A stretch of DNA of 64,000 nucleotides, taken from positions 692,493 through 756,492 of the forward strand of contig CAVQPQ010000003.1 of NCBI GenBank assembly GCA_963714695.1, in the 5' to 3' direction. Within the stretch, counting starts at the first letter, position 1, and each line of letters opens with the position of its first letter. Source of the stretch: an uncultured Verrucomicrobiae bacterium. GTDB taxonomy: Bacteria > Verrucomicrobiota > Verrucomicrobiia > Limisphaerales > UBA11358. A program made the position numbers and the translations under genes. This document shows, piece by piece, positions 26,895 through 35,864 of this stretch. Below the pieces are notes generated by a model, which searched no databases, was not told the DNA's origin, and saw only the letters and a program-made list of their open reading frames with translations.

Positions 26895-26935
26895 GCCGAT
26901 GTGGCGGAATTGGCAGACGCGCCAGACTCAAAATC
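26895..26935 (+). pseudogene. truncated tRNA-Leu(CAA), 5' half only
   Basis: The sequence reads GCCGATG-TG-GCG-GAATTGGCAGA-CGC-G-CCAGA-CTCAAAA-TC. That gives the acceptor 5' strand, the D-arm and the anticodon stem-loop (anticodon CAA). The match ends 2 nt into the 3' strand of the anticodon stem. No variable arm, T-arm or CATCGGC acceptor 3' strand follows. Confidence 0.7.
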
Positions 26936-27319
26936 ATTATAAGTCTCTTGGAATCAAGTGGAAATACTTGGACAGCAATGCCCTAGCGTGCCTGACAAAA
27001 AATTCAAAATGGACTGGTTGGGACTGTTTTGGCCTCATTTTTAAACGCGCGGGGTACAATACGGGGTGCAATGTAGATTTGACGCATAAAGGCGAAGTCG
27101 CAACATCCAAAATCAGCCTTCCGATTGAACTACAAACCAACGAACAAAAACATATTAGCTGTTGAGTTTTGATATTCTTAACCTCAATACGATCTTAAAA
27201 AAATCCGTTCCTGACACCCGTCTCCGACAATTTTGTAGATTCTTATTTTTTTGGGCGGTGGTTGAAAACCGACCCTCGCCTTCTTATCGAAGCGGTTGAT
27301 AGATTAGAGCTTCGGAAGT

Positions 27320-28003
27320 CTAACCCGTAACCAAACTTTCCTGTGGAAGCAAGCCGACCCGCAAAGCAAAACGCACCAAGCCCGGAATATCATGAATGTT
27401 CAAGCAGTTCATCAGCTTCATGCGATGGTATTCGACGGTCTTGGGACTGACATTCAGGATGCCGGCGATGCTCTTGGTGTTCTGGCCTTCGGCGATGAGT
27501 TGGAGAATCTCGCGCTGACGCCCCGTCAACTCTTCGAGCGGACTCACTTGGTCAGCGATTCCCTGCAAGGGAAACTTCTTGACGAGTCGCGTGGAGATTT
27601 CCCGGCTGAGATAAATCTCCCCGCGAACTACCTGTTGCAAGGCGGTCTCCAGTTCAGCCGTCGCCGCTTTCTTTAGCAGGTAGCCGACCGCGCCCGCCTT
27701 GAGCGCCCGCCAGACATATTCTTCGTTGGGGTGCATGGAAAGAATGATGACCCGCACGCCCGGAAATTCCCTGGCCATGCGTACTGCCGCTTCCAGGCCA
27801 TTCAGACCGGGCATGGAGATGTCCATCAAAACCACATCTGGCTGATGCAGTTTGACCAGATTTAGAACCTCGCGGCCATCGCCGGCTTCGCCCACCACTT
27901 CCACCCCCGGCAGTTTTTCCAGCAGCGCGCGAATGCCCGCGCGCACGAGCGTATGGTCATCAGCCAGCATGACGCGAATTGGTTTGGCGGAATTGTTGTT
28001 CAT
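27320..28003 (-). CDS. NarL/FixJ-family response regulator (REC + LuxR HTH)
   Basis: 227-aa ORF. The receiver domain reads IRVMLADDH...DVVLMDISMPGLNG. The LuxR-type HTH reads LTGRQREILQLIAEGQNTKSIAGILNVSPKTVEYHRMKLM. The start overlaps the kinase stop (ATGA). Confidence 0.9.
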   Translation of the reverse strand: MNNNSAKPIRVMLADDHTLVRAGIRALLEKLPGVEVVGEAGDGREVLNLVKLHQPDVVLMDISMPGLNGLEAAVRMAREFPGVRVIILSMHPNEEYVWRALKAGAVGYLLKKAATAELETALQQVVRGEIYLSREISTRLVKKFPLQGIADQVSPLEELTGRQREILQLIAEGQNTKSIAGILNVSPKTVEYHRMKLMNCLNIHDIPGLVRFALRVGLLPQESLVTG

Positions 28004-29178
28004 GGGGTTTCAGATTCGGATGGCGGGATTTGCCACTTCAGCGGGAACCAGGCGTGGACTTCGGTGCCCCGCCCCGGAACGGAGTTGAATTCCAGCCCCC
28101 CACCCGCCAGCGACGCACGCTCTTCCATGCTCAACAAACCCAGGCTGGCGCCACGCACAGCTTGGTTCCGGACCGGGGCCACATCAAACCCCACCCCGTC
28201 ATCGCGCACGCGCAGATTGAGTTGCCGATCTTCCTTGCGCAACTCAATCGTTACTGCACTCGCCCGGGCGTGGCGCAACACATTGGTCAAGGCCTCCTGC
28301 GCCACACGGAAACATTCAGTCTCAACCACCGGATCCAAGCGGCGCTCCAGCCGGTCGGCGTGGAACTTGACTTTCAATTCGGCCAGTGCCGCCTGCCGAT
28401 TGGTGTACCAGCGCAAGGCCGGTTCCAATCCCAGATCGTCAAGGATTGACGGGCGCAAATCCAGCGAGATGTCCTGCACTTGTTCCAGCACGCGGTCGGC
28501 CACTTTGAGGCTTTCGGTCAGGCGCGACATCAAGGCCTTTGTGCCGGGCGACTGCAACATCGCCTGCAGGTTCAATTGCATGACGGTGAGGGCCTGGCCG
28601 ATTTCGTCGTGGAGTTCGCGCGCGATGTTCCGGCGTTCAGTTTCCTGCGCCTGTACCAGCCGGTGGGAAAGCACCTGAAGTTTGCGACCGTATTCCCTGC
28701 CCTTGGCCTCGGCCTGCTTGCGCCCGGTGATGTCTCTGACCACACCGGCGAGCTGGGCAACCTGTCCGGCCTTGTTGATTAAAGGCGTTACGGTCACTTC
28801 ACCCACCCGGATGCCTGCGGGATAACTGGCGCGTTCCTCCCAACTTACGGTTTTGCGCTCTCGAATCGCCTCCTGATACTTTCCCTTTCCCAAGGCATGG
28901 GAAGTTTGCGGTAAGACCTCCTCGATCCGTTTGCCAACCACCTGTTCCCCACTGAGGCCGGTCATCTTCAGAAAGGATATGTTGACACAAAGAAAACGAT
29001 AGCAGTCGCCGGGTTCGACTTGGAGGAGAAAAATGCCGTCGGAAACACTCTGAAAGAGCAGGCCGAGATAATGTTGTTGGTCGGCAATCCGCTTCAGCAG
29101 GTAGGAGACGAATTTGAAGTAACCCACACCGGTGACCAGCATGAGCACCAACCCTTTAAGCAGTTCCAGTTTGTGCAA
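28000..29178 (-). CDS. PAS-containing NarL-type sensor histidine kinase (HisKA_3 + HATPase_c), possibly 5'-truncated
   Basis: Contains a PAS-like region, a HisKA_3 H-box (ETERRNIARELHDEIGQALT) and an HATPase region (VRDDGVGF ... GLLSMEERA). The first start in the open frame is a TTG at 29178. The same frame continues upstream through TM-like sequence to an ATG at 29355, but is interrupted by a TGA at 29338-29340. Confidence 0.8.
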   Translation of the reverse strand: MHKLELLKGLVLMLVTGVGYFKFVSYLLKRIADQQHYLGLLFQSVSDGIFLLQVEPGDCYRFLCVNISFLKMTGLSGEQVVGKRIEEVLPQTSHALGKGKYQEAIRERKTVSWEERASYPAGIRVGEVTVTPLINKAGQVAQLAGVVRDITGRKQAEAKGREYGRKLQVLSHRLVQAQETERRNIARELHDEIGQALTVMQLNLQAMLQSPGTKALMSRLTESLKVADRVLEQVQDISLDLRPSILDDLGLEPALRWYTNRQAALAELKVKFHADRLERRLDPVVETECFRVAQEALTNVLRHARASAVTIELRKEDRQLNLRVRDDGVGFDVAPVRNQAVRGASLGLLSMEERASLAGGGLEFNSVPGRGTEVHAWFPLKWQIPPSESETP

Positions 29179-29749
29179 TTGTTCATTGGACCATGATGCG
29201 GGAGCCGCAACCCGGCTCAGGAAAATAATGTATGCACTGCAAAGGACTATATATCCCAGCGCCAGACACAGGGAAGCTCCGATGGGATGGGCGGCAAATC
29301 CGCAACAAATAAGCCGGAGATCCAGCCAACGCTGCGATCAGCCTGGTGGCTCCATTAACGCTTCGCCCCTGAGGACACGGGGCGGGGGCGATTTTCTTGG
29401 TTAATGTGGTATGCATTGGCATTTCCATATTTGTTCTTTTAGCTGGCTCTGTGCCGCTGCTCCTTTCATACGCTTTATTATTGATCGCCATTAAAGACTT
29501 GGTTTGTTCGTGATTTTGTTGGATTGGCATTCTTGTGAAAGAATGCAACTTGCAAAGCATTGCAGAATGCACCGCCACCGGCGCTGGTATTGTCAGTGTC
29601 TTAAGTCAGGTCTTAAATTGCCCTCCCGGCCATGCCGGTTTCGCCCAAATCATAAAAACGGAACCAGCCACATGCCTGGTCCCGCTCTCCTGGGTTGAAT
29701 GAAATCAACCGATTTCACTCCCTCCAAAAGTTTTCCAGGCAACGTCCCT

Positions 29750-30106
29750 TCACCTGCCTGACGGCAGGTTTGTGGCGCCAGGACTGTTGGTGTCCGCCGG
29801 AGCATTGGTAACGGCACCGTTCCCCGGAGTCGTTATTTCCGGGGTTGTGGATGGGATCGGAATCTCCGGGGGCTTGGATGGAGTCGGAGTTTCCGTGGAC
29901 ACAGCCGGACTTGGAGTTTCCGGCGGCGCGGCCAGAACTGGATTTTCCGTGGTCTTGGGCAGGGTCGGAATATTGGTATCGCCCGCACTGGGTGGAGCAG
30001 GTGAAGCCGCGATGTTGTTTGTGCTCGATTGGTTGTCCATGGCATGATTTCCGCATCCAGTCACAGCCAACAGGGCGAGCAGAGGAATGATGGTGATGGT
30101 TTTCAT
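29750..30106 (-). CDS. Pro/Thr-rich lipoprotein
   Basis: An internal ATG at 30106 gives MKTITIIPLLALLAVTGC (lipobox). The rest is low-complexity P/T/S-rich sequence. Confidence 0.5.
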   Translation of the reverse strand: MKTITIIPLLALLAVTGCGNHAMDNQSSTNNIAASPAPPSAGDTNIPTLPKTTENPVLAAPPETPSPAVSTETPTPSKPPEIPIPSTTPEITTPGNGAVTNAPADTNSPGATNLPSGR

Positions 30107-30373
30107 GTTTCGTTTTCCTTTCCTTTTCACCGGAAGCACAAACCGGTGTCTGACGTTTTTTCATTTTGCACCGGTCGCAACAGAGCCAATTGGACCGGTC
30201 GGTTTCGAGGTGATGGCTTCATGGGATTCTTTATTTCAAGCTCGAGTGGTGAAGAGGGGACAAACCGGACGCTTATGTTGATGGTCGTTCGGGGGGGAAA
30301 CGTCCGGTTTGCCGTTTGAATGCGCAAGGTTCATGTTTTTACTCCCTCGCGGGCATTCATTGTTGAACAGTGA

Positions 30374-30700
30374 AACCATGTCCTCTGGACATGGTTAGAA
30401 ACAGAGGCTCTGCCCCAAGAACCTGCTCATGGTAATCCTGTGCTCGTGTTGTCCCCACAACCAGAGAAAGGAACAGAGCATGAGCAGATTCAAGAAACAG
30501 TCGCATACGATTTGGTTTTGCGAATATCACGTTGTTTGGTGTCCGAAGTATAGGTATCGGGTGTTGGCAGGAAAGGTCAAAGAGGAGGTGGAACTTTGCG
30601 TGCGGGATCAAACCCAGCAAATGGAGTGCGAGGTAGTGGAACTGAACGTCCAAGCCGATCACGTCCATTTGGTGGTGCTGATACCGCCGAAGGTGCGGAT
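30374..30700 (+). mobile_element. tnpA: IS200/IS605-family remnant: left-end hairpin plus 5' part of a Y1 transposase gene (tnpA)
   Basis: A perfect 10-bp stem (AACCATGTCC-TCT-GGACATGGTT) lies at 30374-30396. From the ATG at 30480 the ORF reads MSRFKKQSHTIWFCEYHVVWCPKYRYRVL...ADHVHLVVLIPPKV, which is the typical IS200 TnpA N-terminal half including the HxH motif. Similarity is lost after about codon 75, and the catalytic-Tyr C-terminal half was not found in any frame. Confidence 0.7.
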
Positions 30701-31131
30701 ATCACCCGTTTGCAGCGCCTTCCATCGGTTCTCCTTGCTAGCCGAAGAAGCGAAGCGCATTGCCACCATTGCCTTGAACCCGATCAGTTGGGGGGCGCTG
30801 GTGCTATATATCCGCGCATAATTAATTCGACATGATGAGTTCAATATCGCCAATGTTTTCAATGTGCTCGTGCGTTTCTGATGTCGGAAACATTTAGCGC
30901 GGATATATAGGTGGACTCGTTACGGTTTACGGCTTGTGGAATATCCCCGCAGCGCATACGGGCGCTGCCAATCCCGGAACTGTCAAACTTCAGGAGTCCT
31001 CCGGCAGAACCGGAGGATTTCCTATGGATTAAAGAAACACAAAACGCGCGAAAAGAATGTTAAAAATTTCCGGTGACTTCTTTAGGGAAAATGACTAATC
31101 TTTTCAAACCAGTTGTAACCATTTTATTACC

Positions 31132-32445
31132 ATGGATATTGCATTTAAGAACATATCAAAAATCAAATTCGAAGGCCCGAAATCCAAGAATCCGCTGGCC
31201 TTCAAACATTACAACCCCGCCGAAATCGTCGAAGGCAAAACGATGAGCGATCATCTGCGCTTCTCGGTCGTCTATTGGCACACGTTTCGCGGCACCGGCT
31301 CCGACCCGTTCGGTGTCGGCACCGCCGTCCGTCCGTGGGACGACGGCTCCAATTCGGTGGCCAATGCTGAAAACCGCGCGCGGGTCGCCTTCGAGTTCAT
31401 CGAGAAGCTCGGCGCGCCATTCTACGCCTTTCATGACCGCGATGTCGCGCCGGAAGGCCGGACGTTGGGCGAGACCAACAAAAATCTCGACGCCGTCGTC
31501 AAGGTCCTGAAAGCCGAACAGAAGCGCACCGGCGTCAAACTGCTCTGGGGCACGGCCAACCTGTTTTCCAATCCGCGCTTCATGCACGGCGCGTCCACGA
31601 GTTGCAACGCCGACGTGTTCGCCTTTGCCGCCGCGCAGGTGAAGAAGGCGCTGGAAGTCACCCATGAACTGGGCGGCGCCGGCTACGTTTTCTGGGGCGG
31701 GCGCGAAGGGTATTCCACCTTGTGGAACACCAACATGAAGCGCGAGCTGGAACATCTCGCCAAGTTTTTGCACCTGGCCGTGGACTACAAAAAGAAGCTC
31801 GGTTTCAAGGGCCAGTTTTACATCGAGCCGAAGCCGAAGGAACCGACCAAGCATCAATACGATTCCGACGCCGCCGCGTGCCTGAACTTCCTGCGCGAAT
31901 ACGATCTGATGGGCGATTTGAAGCTGAATATCGAGACCAATCACGCGACCTTGGCCGGGCACTCCATGCAACACGAACTGGAAGTGGCGGGTTCGGCGGG
32001 TGCGCTGGGTTCGGTGGACGCCAACACCGGCGACGAATTGATCGGCTGGGACACCGACCAGTTCCCCACCAGCATTTATCTGACGACGCAGATCATGCTG
32101 ACGATCCTCAAATACGGCGGGTTCACCACCGGCGGCTTGAATTTTGACGCCAAGGTGCGGCGCGAGAGTTTCGAGCCGGTGGATTTGTTCCATGCCCACG
32201 TTGGCGGCATGGACGCCTTCGCGCGCGGGTTGAAGATCGCCGCCGCCATTCGCAAGGACGGACGCTTGGCGGAGTTTGTGAAGGAGCGTTACGCCTCATG
32301 GGATTCGGGCCTCGGCGCGAAAATCGAGTCCGGCAAGTGTAATTTCACCGACCTCGAAGCCTACATGCTCAAGAAAGGTGAAGTGACCGGCAACGTCAGT
32401 GGTCGCCAGGAATTCCTGGAGAACCTCATTAATGAATTCATCTGA
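31132..32445 (+). CDS. xylA: xylose isomerase
   Basis: 437-aa ORF with class II XylA signatures ([43 protein letters not shown]). Confidence 0.95.
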   Translation: MDIAFKNISKIKFEGPKSKNPLAFKHYNPAEIVEGKTMSDHLRFSVVYWHTFRGTGSDPFGVGTAVRPWDDGSNSVANAENRARVAFEFIEKLGAPFYAFHDRDVAPEGRTLGETNKNLDAVVKVLKAEQKRTGVKLLWGTANLFSNPRFMHGASTSCNADVFAFAAAQVKKALEVTHELGGAGYVFWGGREGYSTLWNTNMKRELEHLAKFLHLAVDYKKKLGFKGQFYIEPKPKEPTKHQYDSDAAACLNFLREYDLMGDLKLNIETNHATLAGHSMQHELEVAGSAGALGSVDANTGDELIGWDTDQFPTSIYLTTQIMLTILKYGGFTTGGLNFDAKVRRESFEPVDLFHAHVGGMDAFARGLKIAAAIRKDGRLAEFVKERYASWDSGLGAKIESGKCNFTDLEAYMLKKGEVTGNVSGRQEFLENLINEFI

Positions 32446-32499
32446 ACCGCCGTGCCCGGCCGCGTTGCCGGGTCGGTGCTGCGCTTGTTAGTAACTTGC

Positions 32500-32533
32500 A
32501 AGCCGCCGGGAATTTTCTCGGCGGCTTTTCTTG
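32500..32533 (+). terminator. Rho-independent terminator of xylA
   Basis: A 9-bp stem AAGCCGCCG (32500-32508) pairs with CGGCGGCTT (32519-32527) around a 10-nt loop, followed by TTCTT. Confidence 0.6.
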
Positions 32534-32560
32534 GACGACCGTGAAATCAGGGCTGATGTG

Positions 32561-32678
32561 GTAGCGCTGGTTTCCAAACCTGCTGTATCGCCGACTTCCA
32601 AGTCGGCAGGCACCAGCCATTGCGCCAGCAGCGGGTTTGGAAACCCGCCGACACAGCAGACTTGGAAGTCTGCGCTAC
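32561..32678. repeat. REP-like palindromic module pair
   Basis: Modules GGTTTCCAAACC / TGCTGTATCG / CCGACTTCCAAGTCGG (32569-32606) are repeated as their complements GGTTTGGAAACC / CGACACAGCA / GACTTGGAAGTC (32634-32670). They are bracketed by GTAGCGC (32561) and GCGCTAC (32672). Confidence 0.75.
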
Positions 32679-32709
32679 GTGCCGGCGCCGGTTCAGGGGC
32701 ACAGTTCCT

Positions 32710-32781
32710 GGGAGCGCCGGCGTCTCGCCGGCGAGTTCCGGTTTTCGGCTCCAGACTGGCCGGCGAGACGCCGGCGCTCCC
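32710..32781. repeat. perfect 23-bp inverted repeat with 26-nt spacer
   Basis: GGGAGCGCCGGCGTCTCGCCGGC (32710-32732) is the exact reverse complement of GCCGGCGAGACGCCGGCGCTCCC (32759-32781). Confidence 0.9.
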
Positions 32782-33167
32782 AAGGGTTCATAGGAAGGAC
32801 GAGCGTAAACACCAACTCCATGCCGTATAGGACAAACGTCGTGCCTGTCTCTGAAATCCAAGCAGCCTCCGTTTCAGAAATAATGGTCGCTGCCACGAAT
32901 TGTCACCCACCAATGAGTGGTCTCTTTGAAGATGGAGACAGGCGCGACGCCTGTCCTACGCACCTGATCGCACGTGCAACACAGCCTTTGACTGCATGGA
33001 TACGGCTGGATTTTACACGCCAACCCGATTAATCTGGTTTATCAGCATTGATAATCAATTTCGTTAGCAATAATTTAAATCTTGATTCAACCCCGCAATT
33101 TTGCTTGAGTGCAAAGCGGAGCTTATGTCGAGATTGGGACGACATCCGCGCCAAGCCAGGCAACAAT

Positions 33168-35255
33168 ATGAAAACTCGGAATTCCTTTTCGACCATGACT
33201 AACCCGAACACACTGGCCGGGCGTTTTAGAACCGCCTGTGCCGCGAGGCTGCTGCCGCTGCTGCTTTTGACGCTGCCCGCCGCAATGCAAGCCCAAGATT
33301 ATCTTTACACGACCAATGCCGATAACACGATCACTATTGGTTGGTACATCGGGTCCGGCGGTGATGTGACAATTCCCGACACGATTGATGGCCTGCCGGT
33401 CACCAGCATCGGGGATGAAGCGTTCTTTGACTGTGAGGTCCTAACCAGTGTCATTATTGGCACCAATGTCACCAGCATTGGGTGGTCTGCGTTCGATACC
33501 TGTATCAGCCTGACCAGCATCACGATTCCCAACAGTGTTACCATCATTGGGGGCACGGCGTTCGAGTACTGTTCCAGCCTGACCAACGTTACGATTGGCA
33601 ACGGCGTCACCAGCATTGAGTGGGCAGCATTCTATGAATGTACCAGCTTGGCAGGGGTCTATTTCCATGGCAACGCCCCCGCTATTGATTCGGATGTGTT
33701 CTATGATGACAATGCGACCGTTTATTATTTGTCGGGAACCACGGGCTGGGGCACGTCGTTTGGTGGCCGTCCGGTTGTACTAATGCCATACACGCATACA
33801 AACGATAACGGTACGATCACCATCACGGGATACACCGGTTCTGGCGGTGGTCTAACCATTCCCGGCACGATTGATGGCCTGCCGGTCACCAGCATCGGGA
33901 ACTCGGCGTTTTCCAACAAAACCAGTCTGATCGCAGTGACCATTCCCAACAGCGTTACCAACATCGGAACCCACGCGTTTGATTCCTGCACTACCCTGAA
34001 CAATGTTACGATCGGCAACAGCGTCACCAACATTGGCGATTTTTCTTTCTATAACTGCACCAACCTGATGGGGGTCTATTTCCAATGCAATGTCCCCGGC
34101 ATTGGTTTGTCTGTATTCGACGGTGACAACAATGTGACCATCTTTTACTCGCCGGGGACCACGGGCTGGGGCGCGACGTTTGGCGGTCGTCCAGTCAGGT
34201 TTGGGAGCCCGGCAACCCAATTCAATTACACGATCAGTAACAGCACAATCAGCATCACAGGATACACCGGTCCCGGCGGTAGCGTGGCCATCCCAGACAC
34301 GATCAATGGCCTGCCAGTAACCAGGATTGGGGGTTACGCGTTCTATCACTGCGCTAGCCCGACCAGCGTCATGATCCCCAATAGCGTCAGCAGCATCGGG
34401 AGCTACGCGTTCTATAGTTGCTACAGCATGACCAGCATCACGATTGGCACCGGCGTCACCAGTATCGAGCCCTATGCGTTCTATAACTGTACCAGTCTAA
34501 TAGCAATCCAGGTAGACGCGCTTAATTCCGTCTATAGCAGTGTAAATGGGGTTTTGTTCAACACAAGCACGAACGCGCTCATCGAATGTCCGTGGGGCAA
34601 AGCCGGAAGCTATACAGTCCCCGACAGCGTCACCAGCATCGGGGGCACCTCGTTTTTTTACTGCACCAGGCTGACTAGCGTCACGATCCCCAATAGCGTC
34701 ACCAGCATCGGGGTGGCTGCGTTCGAACACTGTACCAGTCTGACCAACGTCATGATCGGCAACAGCGTCACAAGCATCGGGGCCTATGCGTTCTATCAAT
34801 GCACCAGCCTGACCAATGTAATGATCCCCAATAGCGTCACTAACATCGATGGCTATGCATTTATTGGGTGCAACAACCTGACCGTAGTTTATTTCCAAGG
34901 TAACGCTCCCGGCATTGGTTTGTCTTTGTTCGGCGGTGATAATAATGCAACCATCTATTACCTGCCAGGGACCACGGGCTGGGAGAACTTTTCCCAATTA
35001 TCCGGGCTGCCGATCGCACTGTGGAAACCACGAGTGCAAATCAGCGATGCCAGTTTTGGCGTGCGGACGAATCAATTCGGGTTCAATATCAACTGGGCCA
35101 GCGGCCAGGTCGTCGTGGTGGAAGCCTGCACAAATGTCGCCAATGCGGTGTGGCAACCGCTCCAAACCAACACGCTTACCGGCGGTTCGTGTTATTTCAG
35201 CGATCCGGACTGGACGAATTACCTGGCTCGTCTCTACCGCCTCCGCTCGCCGTGA
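33168..35255 (+). CDS. secreted BspA-like leucine-rich-repeat (LRR_5) surface protein
   Basis: From the ATG at 33168 there is a signal peptide (LLPLLLLTLPAAMQAQ). More than 15 repeats of the IPNSVTSIG..AF..C.SLT.V.IG type follow. Four TITGYTGSGG..TIPDTIDGLPVTSIG segments are also present. Confidence 0.85.
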   Translation: MKTRNSFSTMTNPNTLAGRFRTACAARLLPLLLLTLPAAMQAQDYLYTTNADNTITIGWYIGSGGDVTIPDTIDGLPVTSIGDEAFFDCEVLTSVIIGTNVTSIGWSAFDTCISLTSITIPNSVTIIGGTAFEYCSSLTNVTIGNGVTSIEWAAFYECTSLAGVYFHGNAPAIDSDVFYDDNATVYYLSGTTGWGTSFGGRPVVLMPYTHTNDNGTITITGYTGSGGGLTIPGTIDGLPVTSIGNSAFSNKTSLIAVTIPNSVTNIGTHAFDSCTTLNNVTIGNSVTNIGDFSFYNCTNLMGVYFQCNVPGIGLSVFDGDNNVTIFYSPGTTGWGATFGGRPVRFGSPATQFNYTISNSTISITGYTGPGGSVAIPDTINGLPVTRIGGYAFYHCASPTSVMIPNSVSSIGSYAFYSCYSMTSITIGTGVTSIEPYAFYNCTSLIAIQVDALNSVYSSVNGVLFNTSTNALIECPWGKAGSYTVPDSVTSIGGTSFFYCTRLTSVTIPNSVTSIGVAAFEHCTSLTNVMIGNSVTSIGAYAFYQCTSLTNVMIPNSVTNIDGYAFIGCNNLTVVYFQGNAPGIGLSLFGGDNNATIYYLPGTTGWENFSQLSGLPIALWKPRVQISDASFGVRTNQFGFNINWASGQVVVVEACTNVANAVWQPLQTNTLTGGSCYFSDPDWTNYLARLYRLRSP

Positions 35256-35277
35256 GGCGTGACTATTCAATAAAGGC

Positions 35278-35577
35278 TTTAACGCCAAGACGCCAAGACG
35301 CAAAGAAAACAAGGATCTTCTTGACCCCGCCATTCACTGCTTGGCGAGAATAATCCGTTCCGGCAACCGCTTTCCATCCCCTACAGCGCTATATCCCAAC
35401 ATCGTCACGTTCCGCAAAGATTTTCCCGGAGCGCGGCTTGTCTCAAGCCGCAGCAGAACCGAGGTTGAAGTTGTCGAATGGCCTGCCGCGCGCGCACCGG
35501 CTGCGGGTTGGGACAACCCGCGCTCCGTTTGAGTTGCGGCGTGAGCCGCGTTAAGCCTTGGCGTCTTTGCGTTAAAA
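35278..35577. repeat. 20-nt inverted repeats (19/20) flanking ~260 bp; left arm contains three tandem CGC(C/A)AAGA octamers
   Basis: TTTAACGCCAAGACGCCAAG (35278-35297) matches the reverse complement of 35558-35577 (TTTAACGCAAAGACGCCAAG). A related GCAAAGA tandem occurs again at about 41237-41255. Confidence 0.7.
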
Positions 35578-35864
35578 ACCGTTCGTGTGATTTTCGCCTT
35601 CGTCTGGCTTCGGCGTGACAAGCGTGTTGTTCGCGGTTTGAAAAGTAGGGCGGGCATCTTGCCTGCCCATTGGAACGGCTTGCGCCGGTTATTCCCCCTG
35701 TCCAGACAAGCTGGAAGCACTGTCCTACGCTCTCAGCGCCTTCGCGTTAATAATTATTGCGGCTGAGGCTCAGGAATGGCATCCAACCAGGAAAACCAGC
35801 CTCAATTCTGCGATTGGATTCCATTGCCAAAATCGCGGGGTTCGTCTAAAAATTGGGAACCAGC

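Noticed and set aside
26674-27165. A 163-aa plus-strand ORF.
   Set aside because: It reads straight through the tRNA fragment (WRNWQTRQTQN is a translated tRNA D/anticodon arm) into AT-rich non-coding DNA.
26895-27320. A complete tRNA-Leu carrying a group I intron, or a complete tRNA on either strand.
   Set aside because: The break is in the 3' strand of the anticodon stem, not in the anticodon loop where tRNA-Leu introns sit. I could not find a 3' exon (T-arm, CATCGGC-ACCA) downstream by eye.
29183-29578. A 131-aa minus-strand ORF upstream of the sensor kinase.
   Set aside because: Its composition is implausible and it has no motifs. Part of it is an alternative frame of the TM-like kinase leader described in the findings.
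30804-30910. The 14-bp perfect inverted repeat as the right end of the IS200 remnant.
   Set aside because: IS200/IS605 ends are short subterminal hairpins, not arms separated by 79 nt. The tnpA homology is already lost about 100 nt upstream. I report it only as an observation.
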